From Lachnospiraceae bacterium (GTDB lineage: Bacteria > Bacillota > Clostridia > Lachnospirales > Lachnospiraceae), in the NCBI GenBank assembly GCA_015057625.1, contig SVDZ01000003.1:196180-228179 (forward strand): a stretch of 32,000 bases of DNA. The letters are read 5' to 3'. Position numbers and translations under genes: made by a program. Position 1 is the stretch's first letter, and each line of letters opens with the position of its first letter. Shown piece after piece: positions 15,748 to 24,476 of the stretch. The notes under the pieces were generated by a model that did not search any database, was not told the origin of the DNA, and worked only from the letters and a program-made list of their open reading frames with translations.

Positions 15748-16824
15748 ATGAAAGATAATAATATTGCATCTTTAAAACAACAAATTAACACTGCAATAGA
15801 AAATCAGGACTTCGAAAAAGTCGAACAGCTCTCTGAAGAGTTAGGCGCTCTTCTTAATTTGGACGAGTCCGACTGCGAAATGCCTGAAGATTTCTTATTG
15901 CGGATTAAACGAAACAATAAGGAGAAAAAAACTATGAATATGAAAAAAATAGTTATACGAAGTATAGCGGCTGCGGCAATTATTGTACTGGCAATTTCGG
16001 GTGGAGCCATTGCTAAAAATCTGAATATTATGATGAGAAAAAATCTTACAGTACAAACAAATGAGGATGGTTCAAAAGACGCTTATCTCTTTTATGATAA
16101 AAATGATGAGCTGAAATATTTATATATATCTTCTGATAAATCTTTTTTCCTTCCGGCAGGTTATTCTTTATTAAGCGACTCGATTTGGTCTTCAGAAGAA
16201 GAACTAAAAGATGCGAAAGCCCAACAATATAGTAATAACAATCCTGAAGAAGGCGGATATGACTCTATTTCCTACGAAAAACCGACAAAAGATGATTTAT
16301 GGTTATCCAAAATAACAACAACCTATCACTATCCTTCTAATTGCGAAGCTGAAGATGGTGATTATGATAAAGTAATAGCTTCAGAATATGAATATGAAAA
16401 CTTAAAATCCTTAATAATAGATCAACACTTATATAATATTTTTGCAAATATTCCAGATATTAACCATCACTTTTCAATTACTTCATCTGCATATTATAAT
16501 CACTACGAAAACAGCGATTTTTATCTTGATACTTACGAAGAATTACTCGAAACTTTCAAATATGGAAGTGGATATATAAATCTGAATATATTTTCAAATC
16601 ACACTTCAGGTGATAATATCGGTCTTGTTTGGGTAATAAAAGATATCTCAAATCAAAGAGAATATAATGCTAAAAACGGTAAGACCTATCAATTAGTTGA
16701 TGTAAAAAGTGAAGGAAAAACTTATACCAAACTTCTTGTGGGGGGTGACTCCTATATGTGGATGTTTACATTCAGCGATTTGACTGAAGATGAAATTCAC
16801 GATTTCATTGATACATTAAAGTAA
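15748..16824 (+). CDS. Single-pass membrane protein, putative cognate anti-sigma factor
   Basis: AAGGAG RBS. ~65-aa cytoplasmic N-terminus, one TM (IVIRSIAAAAIIVLAISGGAIA) and a ~270-aa extracytoplasmic domain with no family I recognise. The role is assigned by position only, and no HxxxCxxC ZAS motif is present. Confidence 0.55.
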   Translation: MKDNNIASLKQQINTAIENQDFEKVEQLSEELGALLNLDESDCEMPEDFLLRIKRNNKEKKTMNMKKIVIRSIAAAAIIVLAISGGAIAKNLNIMMRKNLTVQTNEDGSKDAYLFYDKNDELKYLYISSDKSFFLPAGYSLLSDSIWSSEEELKDAKAQQYSNNNPEEGGYDSISYEKPTKDDLWLSKITTTYHYPSNCEAEDGDYDKVIASEYEYENLKSLIIDQHLYNIFANIPDINHHFSITSSAYYNHYENSDFYLDTYEELLETFKYGSGYINLNIFSNHTSGDNIGLVWVIKDISNQREYNAKNGKTYQLVDVKSEGKTYTKLLVGGDSYMWMFTFSDLTEDEIHDFIDTLK

Positions 16825-16867
16825 TCAGTTTAAAGATACTCTTTGTGTCACGAAAGTTAAACCCATA

Positions 16868-16923
16868 GAAAAAAGAACTGAAACATTAGCGATTTTCAAT
16901 CACTAACGTTACAGTTCTTTTTT
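16868..16923. terminator. Bidirectional terminator between convergent genes
   Basis: ~24-position stem (16871-16894 / 16898-16921) with three mismatches and a 3-nt loop. A T-run follows on the + strand (16918-16923) and an A-run precedes it (16868-16874). Confidence 0.7.
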
Positions 16924-16970
16924 AGTTCATGACTTTCTTTTACATCGATTAAATGTCATCTTCTTAGTTA

Positions 16971-17639
16971 TTAACTATACTCCTTCTTTGCAATTATTCT
17001 CTCTGCAATCACCTCAGAAACCAAAAGTATAACAATTGATCCCGCTATCAGTATTGATGCTATCTGAACATCGCTCAATCCTTCTAAAAATTCAATTACT
17101 TTTGCTGCGAATCCTTCAGGCAATTTGTCTTTCATCTTGAAAAGAAAGTAGCATACAGCTGCAATTCCACCGAGCACCGCAAAATTCACAAGTTTGGCTT
17201 TTTCTGCGTCATATTTCACTCTGATTGGAATAAGTAGTCCCGCATATATTGCTCCCACACAGACAGAACCTATTATGCTTTCACCAAGAGTATCCAGATA
17301 ATTCTGAACTGATCCTGTATCTTTAAGTAGTTCTGCCGGAAAACCAATTAAACATCCTGCCACTATTCCGATAACCAGGCAAAGTATAAAGAACAAATAT
17401 TTTTCTCTGACATATGCTTTTTTGGAAGCAGGAAGTGTAAATAAAAATCTGAATCCGTTGTCGAACTCGTCATATCCGATTGTGGATAATGAAAACATTG
17501 ATATAATCATTGCCATATATACAATTCCTGCATTGTCCTTCATGGACATTGACATGAAAAATCCAAGTGCTAAAAATGCCAAAAGTGATTTACTTTGATT
17601 TTTAACTATTATTAAATCTTTTACAAACAATCCCTTCAT
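16971..17639 (-). CDS. ABC-2-type transporter membrane component
   Basis: 222 aa with ~6 TM segments. Overlaps the upstream ATPase gene by 4 nt (translational coupling). Confidence 0.7.
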   Translation of the reverse strand: MKGLFVKDLIIVKNQSKSLLAFLALGFFMSMSMKDNAGIVYMAMIISMFSLSTIGYDEFDNGFRFLFTLPASKKAYVREKYLFFILCLVIGIVAGCLIGFPAELLKDTGSVQNYLDTLGESIIGSVCVGAIYAGLLIPIRVKYDAEKAKLVNFAVLGGIAAVCYFLFKMKDKLPEGFAAKVIEFLEGLSDVQIASILIAGSIVILLVSEVIAERIIAKKEYS

Positions 17640-18487
17640 AGTTCTTTCCCCCTTATCATCAATCCTATTAATTCGTCAATTCCGCTTTTTTCAATAACCG
17701 TATCCGGATAATTTTCCATATAGAATTGTCTTTCATTTGTGAGGCACATATATCCGTAGGACTCTTCCTTAGCTCTTAACAGATACTTCTTATCTAAACT
17801 CTCAAACATATCCTTATCCACTTTTAATATTGCGTAACTTGAAAGAAGTTTGTCAGTGTCTTCATGGATAATAATCTCTCCGTCATTTATCATATAAAAA
17901 TCATCGCACAGATTTTCCAAATCCGATGAGATATGGGAGCTGATAACTATAGTTCTGCTGTCATCCTCTTCCATGTACTGTCTTAACATATCTATAACTT
18001 CTTCTCTTGCTATTACATCAAGTCCTGCGGTAGGCTCATCTAAAATAAGTAGCTTAGCATCGTGTGACAATGCCGCAATAACATGGAGTTTTGCCTTCAT
18101 ACCTGTGGATAATTCTTTTACTTTCTTTTTTGGATCAAGTTTGAAATCTGCAATTTTCTTATTGAACTCTTCCTCATCAAAATCACTATAAAATGCCTTT
18201 AACATCTTACCTACATCTTCAACTTTTAAGTATCCTGAGAATCCTGATTCTGACAATACCACTCCAATATTTTCTCTCTCCTTATCCGTCAAAGATTTGA
18301 TGTTCTTTCCAAACAGTTTAATCTCACCTTCATCTATTCTTACAAGTCCCAATACTGCGTTAAATAGTGTGGACTTTCCTGCACCGTTTGGACCGATAAT
18401 ACCTGTGATTCTTCCAGGTTCCACATTAATATCGCACTTTAACGTAAAGTTATTATATTTTTTTACAATTCCATTTACCTCTAGCAT
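17636..18487 (-). CDS. ABC transporter ATP-binding protein
   Basis: Walker A GPNGAGKST, signature LSTGMKAKL, Walker B LLILDEPTAGLD and H-loop SSH. Confidence 0.92.
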   Translation of the reverse strand: MLEVNGIVKKYNNFTLKCDINVEPGRITGIIGPNGAGKSTLFNAVLGLVRIDEGEIKLFGKNIKSLTDKERENIGVVLSESGFSGYLKVEDVGKMLKAFYSDFDEEEFNKKIADFKLDPKKKVKELSTGMKAKLHVIAALSHDAKLLILDEPTAGLDVIAREEVIDMLRQYMEEDDSRTIVISSHISSDLENLCDDFYMINDGEIIIHEDTDKLLSSYAILKVDKDMFESLDKKYLLRAKEESYGYMCLTNERQFYMENYPDTVIEKSGIDELIGLMIRGKEL

Positions 18488-18514
18488 AAGCTATCCCTCC
18501 AATATTCTTACATG

Positions 18515-18889
18515 CTAACTGTCTTCTAAAATAAGATTAACCAGTTCTGATATTTCGTCTGAACTAATTCCGTACTGTTTAGCTTTATTTATAGTTTTCT
18601 CAAATTCTTTTTCTATCTCTCTTCGCTGCTGGTCAGCTATCATCTCAGTATTCACACCTGTGACATAACTGCCCTTGCCATGTACCGTGGCAGTATAGCC
18701 TTCAGCTTCCAGTTTGTCATAAGCCTTCTTAACTGTCAGTGCGCTAATCTTAAGCTCTGCCGACAAAGCTCTAACCGACGGTAGCGCCTCTCCGCTTTGT
18801 AGTTTTCCTGAAGCTATCTGAGCTTTTATCTCATCCATGATCTGTTCGTAAATAGGAACCATAGACGAAGTGTTTATAATAATATTCAT
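18515..18889 (-). CDS. GntR-family (YtrA subfamily) transcriptional regulator
   Basis: ...VPIYEQIMDEIKAQIASGKLQSGEALPSVRALSAELKISALTVKKAYDKLEAEGY..., with the short C-terminal helical tail typical of YtrA. GAGAGGTG lies 9 nt before ATG 18889. The track's GTG 18901 abuts the SD. Confidence 0.88.
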   Translation of the reverse strand: MNIIINTSSMVPIYEQIMDEIKAQIASGKLQSGEALPSVRALSAELKISALTVKKAYDKLEAEGYTATVHGKGSYVTGVNTEMIADQQRREIEKEFEKTINKAKQYGISSDEISELVNLILEDS

Positions 18890-19001
18890 GAATACAATCA
18901 CCTCTCATTGGATATATCAGTATATAACAGTATATATCTGTTACTAACACTATATAACAGTACATAACTGTTTGTCAATATTTTTTCACTTACGCATAAA
19001 T

Positions 19002-19055
19002 AAGGACCTGCCTCACTTATCTTTCCTATAAAGAAAAATAGTGAAACAAGTCCTT
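19002..19055 (-). terminator. Possible terminator hairpin after metG
   Basis: aaggacctgcctcact (19002-19017) / agtgaaacaagtcctt (19040-19055), an imperfect 16-position stem with a 22-nt loop. Only weak T-rich tracts follow on either strand. Confidence 0.35.
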
Positions 19056-19089
19056 TATTTCTCATATGATTAAAACTGTTCTCTGTTTA

Positions 19090-21087
19090 TTAGTTCTGTT
19101 CAAACTGACATGCAGGCTTCGCAAAGAAGTCTACCTTTGGCTCTAAGAACTTAAGCTTGTGATTCTCCGGATCGTCAACCAATGAAAGTACATCATCAAA
19201 AATGTAATTCCAGTCGAAGAACTTATCTCCCACATTGAGATATTCCTGAACCATCTCACAGCCCTTTGGCGCGATTGGATGAACAAGTGCTGCTATTACA
19301 CGAACTCCATAGAAACAATCCACGAGGATCTGTCTTCTGAGTTCATTGTCATCGTTCTTGTCTGCCATTCTGATATTGTTTGCCCAGTGTTTATTGATAT
19401 CTCTGATGAGACTGTCAAGTACATAAGTTACTCTGTGGAACTCATGATTGTACATATGTCTCTCAAACTCTAAAATAGCATCCTTACAGATGTTCTTAAT
19501 CTTCTCATCAACCTCACCCTGTGGAATAACTCCGTCAAAGTACTGCTGTGATGAGTAGAAACATGATCTGATAAGTCTGTTATATACATTTGTAAGAAGG
19601 TTTCCATCCTTGAGAACAGGATCAACACCCTCTCTCTCATTTTCCGGAAGGTATACCTGAGGCTTGAATCCAACACTCTTTGATGAAAGTCCAAGACTTA
19701 AGAAGTGCATTCTAAGCTGTTCAGGTGAATAATAATCAAGAAGTTCATCTGCCATAGGTGGCTTAATCTCTGATGATGAACTTGCCTTTTTGTCCATAAA
19801 TAATACGTGGTTGTTTGCAACGATATGTGGAAGGACAGTATTTACCATGTCCATATTTTCACTTGCTTTTACGTGAGTTGCAGCAAACATTGCCATCTCT
19901 GCAAGACCGTAGAAATAAATGTTATCCTGGCCAATGAACTGGTATACACAAGCCTCTTCATCAACCCACCATTTCTTCCATTCGTCATCTGCACATCCCT
20001 TGCTCTTAAGGTATGATCTTGTGAACGAAATAGGTGCCCAAAGTGATTCCGGCCAAACCCAGAAAGTAAGACCTTCAACATCATCCTTGTCAGGAACCGG
20101 TACACCCCAGTCAATATTTCCTGAGAGTCTGAATGGAACCAAAGTCTTTCCTGTACGATAATGGATATTCATTCCATCGAGTACTTCTCTCGCCTTGTCT
20201 CTGTCATCAAGATTCTCGAAAATAAATGTTACTGAAGGTTTCTTTTCTTCATTTATAGTCTCATGCTGTGGGAAAGCTGCCTCAACTGCATCAATATCTT
20301 CCATCTGTTTCTTCTGAACGTAGATACATGGTGCTTTAAGGAACTCTTCCATAGCTTTGATTTCGTATTTACGTGTGTTGGTCTCTCTCTTTAAGTAGTT
20401 CATTCTGTCAATCAACGGATTCATACACTTATCAAGTGAGAAATACCAGTTAGTAACATACTTAACTTCAGGCTTTTCTCCTGAGAGAGTACTGATTGGA
20501 TCAATGAGTTCTGAAGGTGAGTACTGATGTCCGAGATCACATTCATCAGCGTAGGCCTTCTCTGAACAACATCCCTCAATTGGGCATTTACCGACAACCT
20601 GACGTCCGTTTATAAATATCTTCTTAACAGGATCAAAGAACTGTGGTGTAGACATCTTCTCCAAATAACCGTTGTCATAGAGAATATTGAAAATCTCTTC
20701 TGAAACTTTCTTGTGCATCTCACCTGTCTCGCCAAATGCCGAAGACCCAAATAAGTTAGGGCTGATTCCATAAGCCTCAAGTGTTTTCTTCTGCTTTTCA
20801 TGATTTCCCATAACATATTCTTCGATAGTTCCATCAAAGCCTGCCTCACAAAGTTTTCTGTAAGCTTCAACGATTGGTGAACCGTAACAGTCTGTACCTG
20901 AAACGAAGATGACATTATCCTTTCCGATTCTGTCTCTTAAAAATCTTGCAAATGTATCTGCGTGAACGAACATTCCACCCACATGACCAAAATGCAAAGA
21001 CTTATTACCATATGGCATACCACCTGTTATAACAGCTCTTTTTGGAAATACCGGTCTCTCATCCGGACGAATTCTCTTGTTATCCAT
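19090..21087 (-). CDS. metG: Methionine--tRNA ligase (E. coli-like catalytic core with Zn knuckle, no C-terminal dimerisation/tRNA-binding domain)
   Basis: HIGH motif HFGH. Knuckle [32 protein letters not shown] aligns to E. coli [44 protein letters not shown] aligns to YHFIGKDIVYFH. The KMSKS position reads KKASSSS. Confidence 0.88.
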   Translation of the reverse strand: [665 protein letters not shown]

Positions 21088-21125
21088 TTTTATCTCCTTT
21101 TTCTTCTATTAGAGTATCAAATTCA

Positions 21126-21154
21126 ATTATATGAGATTTTATCAATAACCTCAA
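21126..21154 (-). promoter_or_regulatory. Candidate metG promoter
   Basis: On the - strand: TTGAGG (21154-21149), a 17-nt spacer, then TATAAT (21131-21126), ~38 nt upstream of the ATG. Confidence 0.45.
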
Positions 21155-21160
21155 GTCTTT

Positions 21161-21189
21161 ATGACGATTGTTCTGTATTTTCTTATAAT
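21161..21189 (+). promoter_or_regulatory. Candidate promoter of the mgtE leader
   Basis: aTGACg (21161-21166), a 17-nt spacer, then TATAAT (21184-21189). Implies a ~340-nt 5' leader. Confidence 0.4.
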
Positions 21190-21298
21190 ATTTTCTTTTT
21201 ATTCGGTAGCATTTAATTAAAAGTTCTGTTACAATATTTTTTGGAGTTTTGTAACGTATATTGCGTACAATTACTCTATATTATATACGAAAAGAGGT

Positions 21299-21446
21299 GA
21301 ATGAAATGGATAGTGGCGACAGTCTCGGGCGATATTTTAACAATGAAAGTTATATCAATGATAATATTGCATTCGGATATCTTGTATCCGGAAATGGATT
21401 ATCACTTACCTGCCGGACCGGTGCCTGTGATTCCATTTCATTTTTA
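21299..21446 (+). promoter_or_regulatory. Structured 5' leader with terminator/anti-terminator logic upstream of mgtE (riboswitch- or attenuator-like)
   Basis: TCCATTTCATT (21432-21442) plus a U-run can pair with GAATGAAATGGA (21299-21310, long range). Alternatively it pairs with the second copy GAAATGGA (21391-21398) plus ATCAC/GTGAT, forming a local terminator hairpin. An inner hairpin lies at 21372-21393. Confidence 0.45.
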
Positions 21447-21536
21447 TTGATATAATTTTCATTATTATTTTGCCCTAATGTACAAATGATTTATTAAACT
21501 GATTTATTTTTGCATTAGTACGAAGGGAGGATTATA

Positions 21537-22943
21537 ATGAGCACAGAATTATTAGAAAACGAAAGAGTCGATTATGAGAAAGAGATTATCGAACTCATTC
21601 GTAGCGACAAATCCGCTGCCGAGAAAAAAGATTTATTAAGCGATTACCATGAGAACGATATCGCTGCAGTATTATCTGAACTCGACAGCAAAGAACGTAA
21701 GAAAATCTACATGATTCTCGGTCTTGAAAGAGTATCTGAAATTTTTGCATACCTTGATGACCCAGAGGAATTCATTGAAGAATTAGACGAAGAAGTTGCG
21801 GCAGACATCCTTGAAAACATGGAAGCCGATGATGCCGTTGACATTCTCGAAGAATTAGAGGATGAGAAGAGTGAGGCCCTCATTCAGTTGATGGAAGGTG
21901 AGGCCAGAGAAGATATCGATCTTATCCAATCCTATAACAGCGACGAAATCGGTAGCAAGATGACTACCAATTTTGTCACACTTAAGCTTGGGCTTACTAT
22001 CAGACAGGCAATGAAAAGTCTTGTCAGCCAGGCAGAAAATAACGACAATATTTCCACACTTTATGTTTTAAAAGACGATGACACTTTCTATGGCGCCATT
22101 GATTTGACTGATTTGATTGTTGCAAGAGATTACGTGGATATGGAAACTTTGGTTACCACATCTTATCCATTTGTTTACGACCATGAAAATATCGATGATG
22201 TCATTGAAGAATTAAAGGGATACTCAGAAGATTCCATTCCTGTATTAGATCAGGATAAACATATCTTAGGTGTAATTACATCTCAGGATATGACAGAAAT
22301 TGTCGATGAAGAGATGGGTGAAGACTACGCAAGGCTTGCCGGTTTGAGTGAAGAGGAAGATTTAGAAGAACCTCTTCTTGCCAGTCTCAAAAAGAGAACA
22401 CCTTGGCTGATTGTTCTTTTATTCCTTGGCATGATTGTTGCCACTGTTACCGGAACATTTGAGGGGGTAATCGCCGGAATTCCTACTATTGTTTTTTTCC
22501 AATCAGTTATTCTTGGAATGTCGGGAAATGTAGGAACTCAAACACTTGCTGTTACCATTCGTGTACTTATGGATGAAGAACTCACCACATCACAGCAGTT
22601 CAAATTTGTACTCAAAGAAATGCGAATCGGATTTTGTAACGGATTGATTGTAGGACTTATTTCTTTCCTCGTCACAGGTATGTACATCCATTTTATAAAA
22701 GGATTCGACTTTCCTTATGCATTTGCAATGTCAGGTTGTATAGGATGCGCACTTTGGGTTGCCATGATTATCTCAAGTTTTGTTGGCGCTATAATACCAA
22801 TTGTATTTACAAAATTAAAAGTTGACCCTGCAGTTGCTTCAGGTCCACTTATTTCAACTATGAATGACCTTGTTGCAGTAATCACATACTACGGAATGGC
22901 TTTATTATTACTTGTAAATGTGATGCATTTAGATCAACTATAA
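21537..22943 (+). CDS. mgtE: Magnesium transporter MgtE
   Basis: Acidic N-domain, tandem CBS region and a five-TM C-terminal domain with MSGNVGTQ. AGGGAGG RBS. Confidence 0.93.
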   Translation: MSTELLENERVDYEKEIIELIRSDKSAAEKKDLLSDYHENDIAAVLSELDSKERKKIYMILGLERVSEIFAYLDDPEEFIEELDEEVAADILENMEADDAVDILEELEDEKSEALIQLMEGEAREDIDLIQSYNSDEIGSKMTTNFVTLKLGLTIRQAMKSLVSQAENNDNISTLYVLKDDDTFYGAIDLTDLIVARDYVDMETLVTTSYPFVYDHENIDDVIEELKGYSEDSIPVLDQDKHILGVITSQDMTEIVDEEMGEDYARLAGLSEEEDLEEPLLASLKKRTPWLIVLLFLGMIVATVTGTFEGVIAGIPTIVFFQSVILGMSGNVGTQTLAVTIRVLMDEELTTSQQFKFVLKEMRIGFCNGLIVGLISFLVTGMYIHFIKGFDFPYAFAMSGCIGCALWVAMIISSFVGAIIPIVFTKLKVDPAVASGPLISTMNDLVAVITYYGMALLLLVNVMHLDQL

Positions 22944-22952
22944 ATAACTGAA

Positions 22953-22979
22953 AAGAAGGCGGTAACTAACCGCCTTCTT
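22953..22979 (+). terminator. GC-rich hairpin after mgtE (first of two)
   Basis: gaaggcggt-aacta-accgccttc, extendable to 11 bp. The following T tract is weak (ttctc). Confidence 0.5.
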
Positions 22980-22994
22980 CTCACAGCACTATAC

Positions 22995-23041
22995 GTCAGA
23001 CTGTCTAACGATTATGTTCTACAGTCTGACTTTTCTTTTTT
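22995..23041 (+). terminator. Intrinsic terminator after mgtE
   Basis: Perfect 10-bp stem gtcagactgt (22995-23004) / acagtctgac (23021-23030) followed by ttttctttttt. Confidence 0.8.
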
Positions 23042-23122
23042 CTCTATATTTGCGCATTTCTGCAAGCTACCAGATAACACATTTAATATGTATTACTTAT
23101 AGCCCATCATATAAATAAAACT

Positions 23123-23151
23123 CTTGCTAAAATTCAATTTAGGGAGTATTA
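23123..23151 (+). promoter_or_regulatory. Candidate promoter of the ligase/amidotransferase pair
   Basis: TTGCTA (23123-23128), a 17-nt spacer, then TATTAT (23146-23151). Confidence 0.4.
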
Positions 23152-23228
23152 TTTATTCATACCATTTTAATAGGAATTAAAAACCATAATACAACTAGAA
23201 ATAGATTCTATAATTGGAGGATTGAATT

Positions 23229-24476
23229 ATGAGTATTGTCAGCGATATTTCAGCTTATATTAGAAGTGGCGAAACAACAGATCAAAAGCTTGGTCTTGAG
23301 ATTGAACATTTTATTATAGATAAAGATGGGCACCAAATTGGTTTTAATGCTATTTCTTCTCTTATAGAGGAAGTGGGAAACAGTCTTCATGCACCTTTAC
23401 ATTTCATTGACGGATATGTTGTAGGATACAACACAAAGGAATATGCCGTAAGTCTTGAGCCATCATGCCAGTTTGAGATAAGCATTAATCCCTATTCTGA
23501 CATTAATGAAATCAGCAGAATATACAAGGAATTTATAGATTTGTGGAAACCTATATTTTCAGCACGTGGATATAAAATAAAAACTTTTGGTAATCTTCCA
23601 AATGTAGAGCTTGGAATAGTCAGTCCCGATGAAATTCCACTGTCTCCCAAAAAGAGATATGAATTTATGAACAAACATTTTCTTCAAACAGGAAAATATG
23701 GAAAACACATGATGAGAGCATCTGCTTCCACTCAGATTTCCATAGATTACTCTTCCGAGGAAGATATGATACGAAAAGTAAGAATTCTCCAGAAGCTTGC
23801 TCCTATTATCATGATTCTTCTCGAGAGCAAGAGTGATCCCGCTTCAACTATGAAAGGTGTTCCTGACAAGCCGCATCTTTTCAGGACACAACAGTGGGAT
23901 GATCTGGATCCGGACCGTACCGGATTTATCCCGGGATCATTTGATCAGGGCTTTGGTTATGATTCTTTATCAGACACCATATTTAACACTCCACTAATCC
24001 TTTATCCCGACAAGGACGGAACAATCTATGTGGAGAATAAAAGCGCAAAAAATCTATTTGAAGATTCAGTCATCAATAAAGAGGATTTAACTGCTGAAAG
24101 GAAAAAACAGCTCATTGAGCATTTCATATCAATGGGATTCTTCCATTTCAGAATCAAGACTTACATAGAAATAAGAGTTGCAGACAGTGTGCCGATTGAA
24201 AAAGCTCTCGGTTATGTAGCTCTTATAAAGGGAATTGTATATTCAAATGACAATTTGGACATTCTCGAAAAAGAATTAGCAGATATAAACACGATAGACA
24301 GCATAGAACTGGCAATAGAAGAGATTGAAAAGAAAGGATTTGACGCCACAATTTACCACGGAAAAACTGTTGGTGCTTGGGCAGATTATCTTATAACCCT
24401 GGCAGAAAATGGGTTAGATGACAATGATAAGGAGTATCTTAAAAATGTGCGAACTTTTTGGAATAACAGCAATTAA
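23229..24476 (+). CDS. Glutamate--cysteine ligase family protein (GCS2 / carboxylate-amine ligase-like)
   Basis: 415 aa. The N-terminal LGLEIEHFIIDKDG motif and overall layout are typical of the gamma-glutamyl ligase fold. GGAGG RBS. The substrate cannot be assigned from sequence. Confidence 0.65.
   Translation: MSIVSDISAYIRSGETTDQKLGLEIEHFIIDKDGHQIGFNAISSLIEEVGNSLHAPLHFIDGYVVGYNTKEYAVSLEPSCQFEISINPYSDINEISRIYKEFIDLWKPIFSARGYKIKTFGNLPNVELGIVSPDEIPLSPKKRYEFMNKHFLQTGKYGKHMMRASASTQISIDYSSEEDMIRKVRILQKLAPIIMILLESKSDPASTMKGVPDKPHLFRTQQWDDLDPDRTGFIPGSFDQGFGYDSLSDTIFNTPLILYPDKDGTIYVENKSAKNLFEDSVINKEDLTAERKKQLIEHFISMGFFHFRIKTYIEIRVADSVPIEKALGYVALIKGIVYSNDNLDILEKELADINTIDSIELAIEEIEKKGFDATIYHGKTVGAWADYLITLAENGLDDNDKEYLKNVRTFWNNSN

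Noticed and set aside
21088-21260. T-box leader upstream of metG on the minus strand
   Set aside because: A good TTGAGG-17-TATAAT promoter sits only ~38 nt from the ATG. No T-box motif (AAnnnGGGTGGTACCGCG) or specifier-loop architecture is visible on the minus strand.
21261-21455. 64-aa ORF in the mgtE leader, and calling the leader a canonical M-box
   Set aside because: The ORF has a TTG start, no SD and no recognisable family, and it coincides with the base-paired leader. By eye the conserved M-box sequence blocks are absent, so I report only a structured leader and not an RF00380 call.
23050-23080. Partial extra copy of the hairpin element (gcgcatttctgcaagc...cagataac) upstream of the ligase gene
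   Set aside because: Only a 9-mer plus a few scattered matches are shared, and they are in a different order. A chance match is plausible in 32 kb. It needs a genome-wide profile search before it can be claimed.
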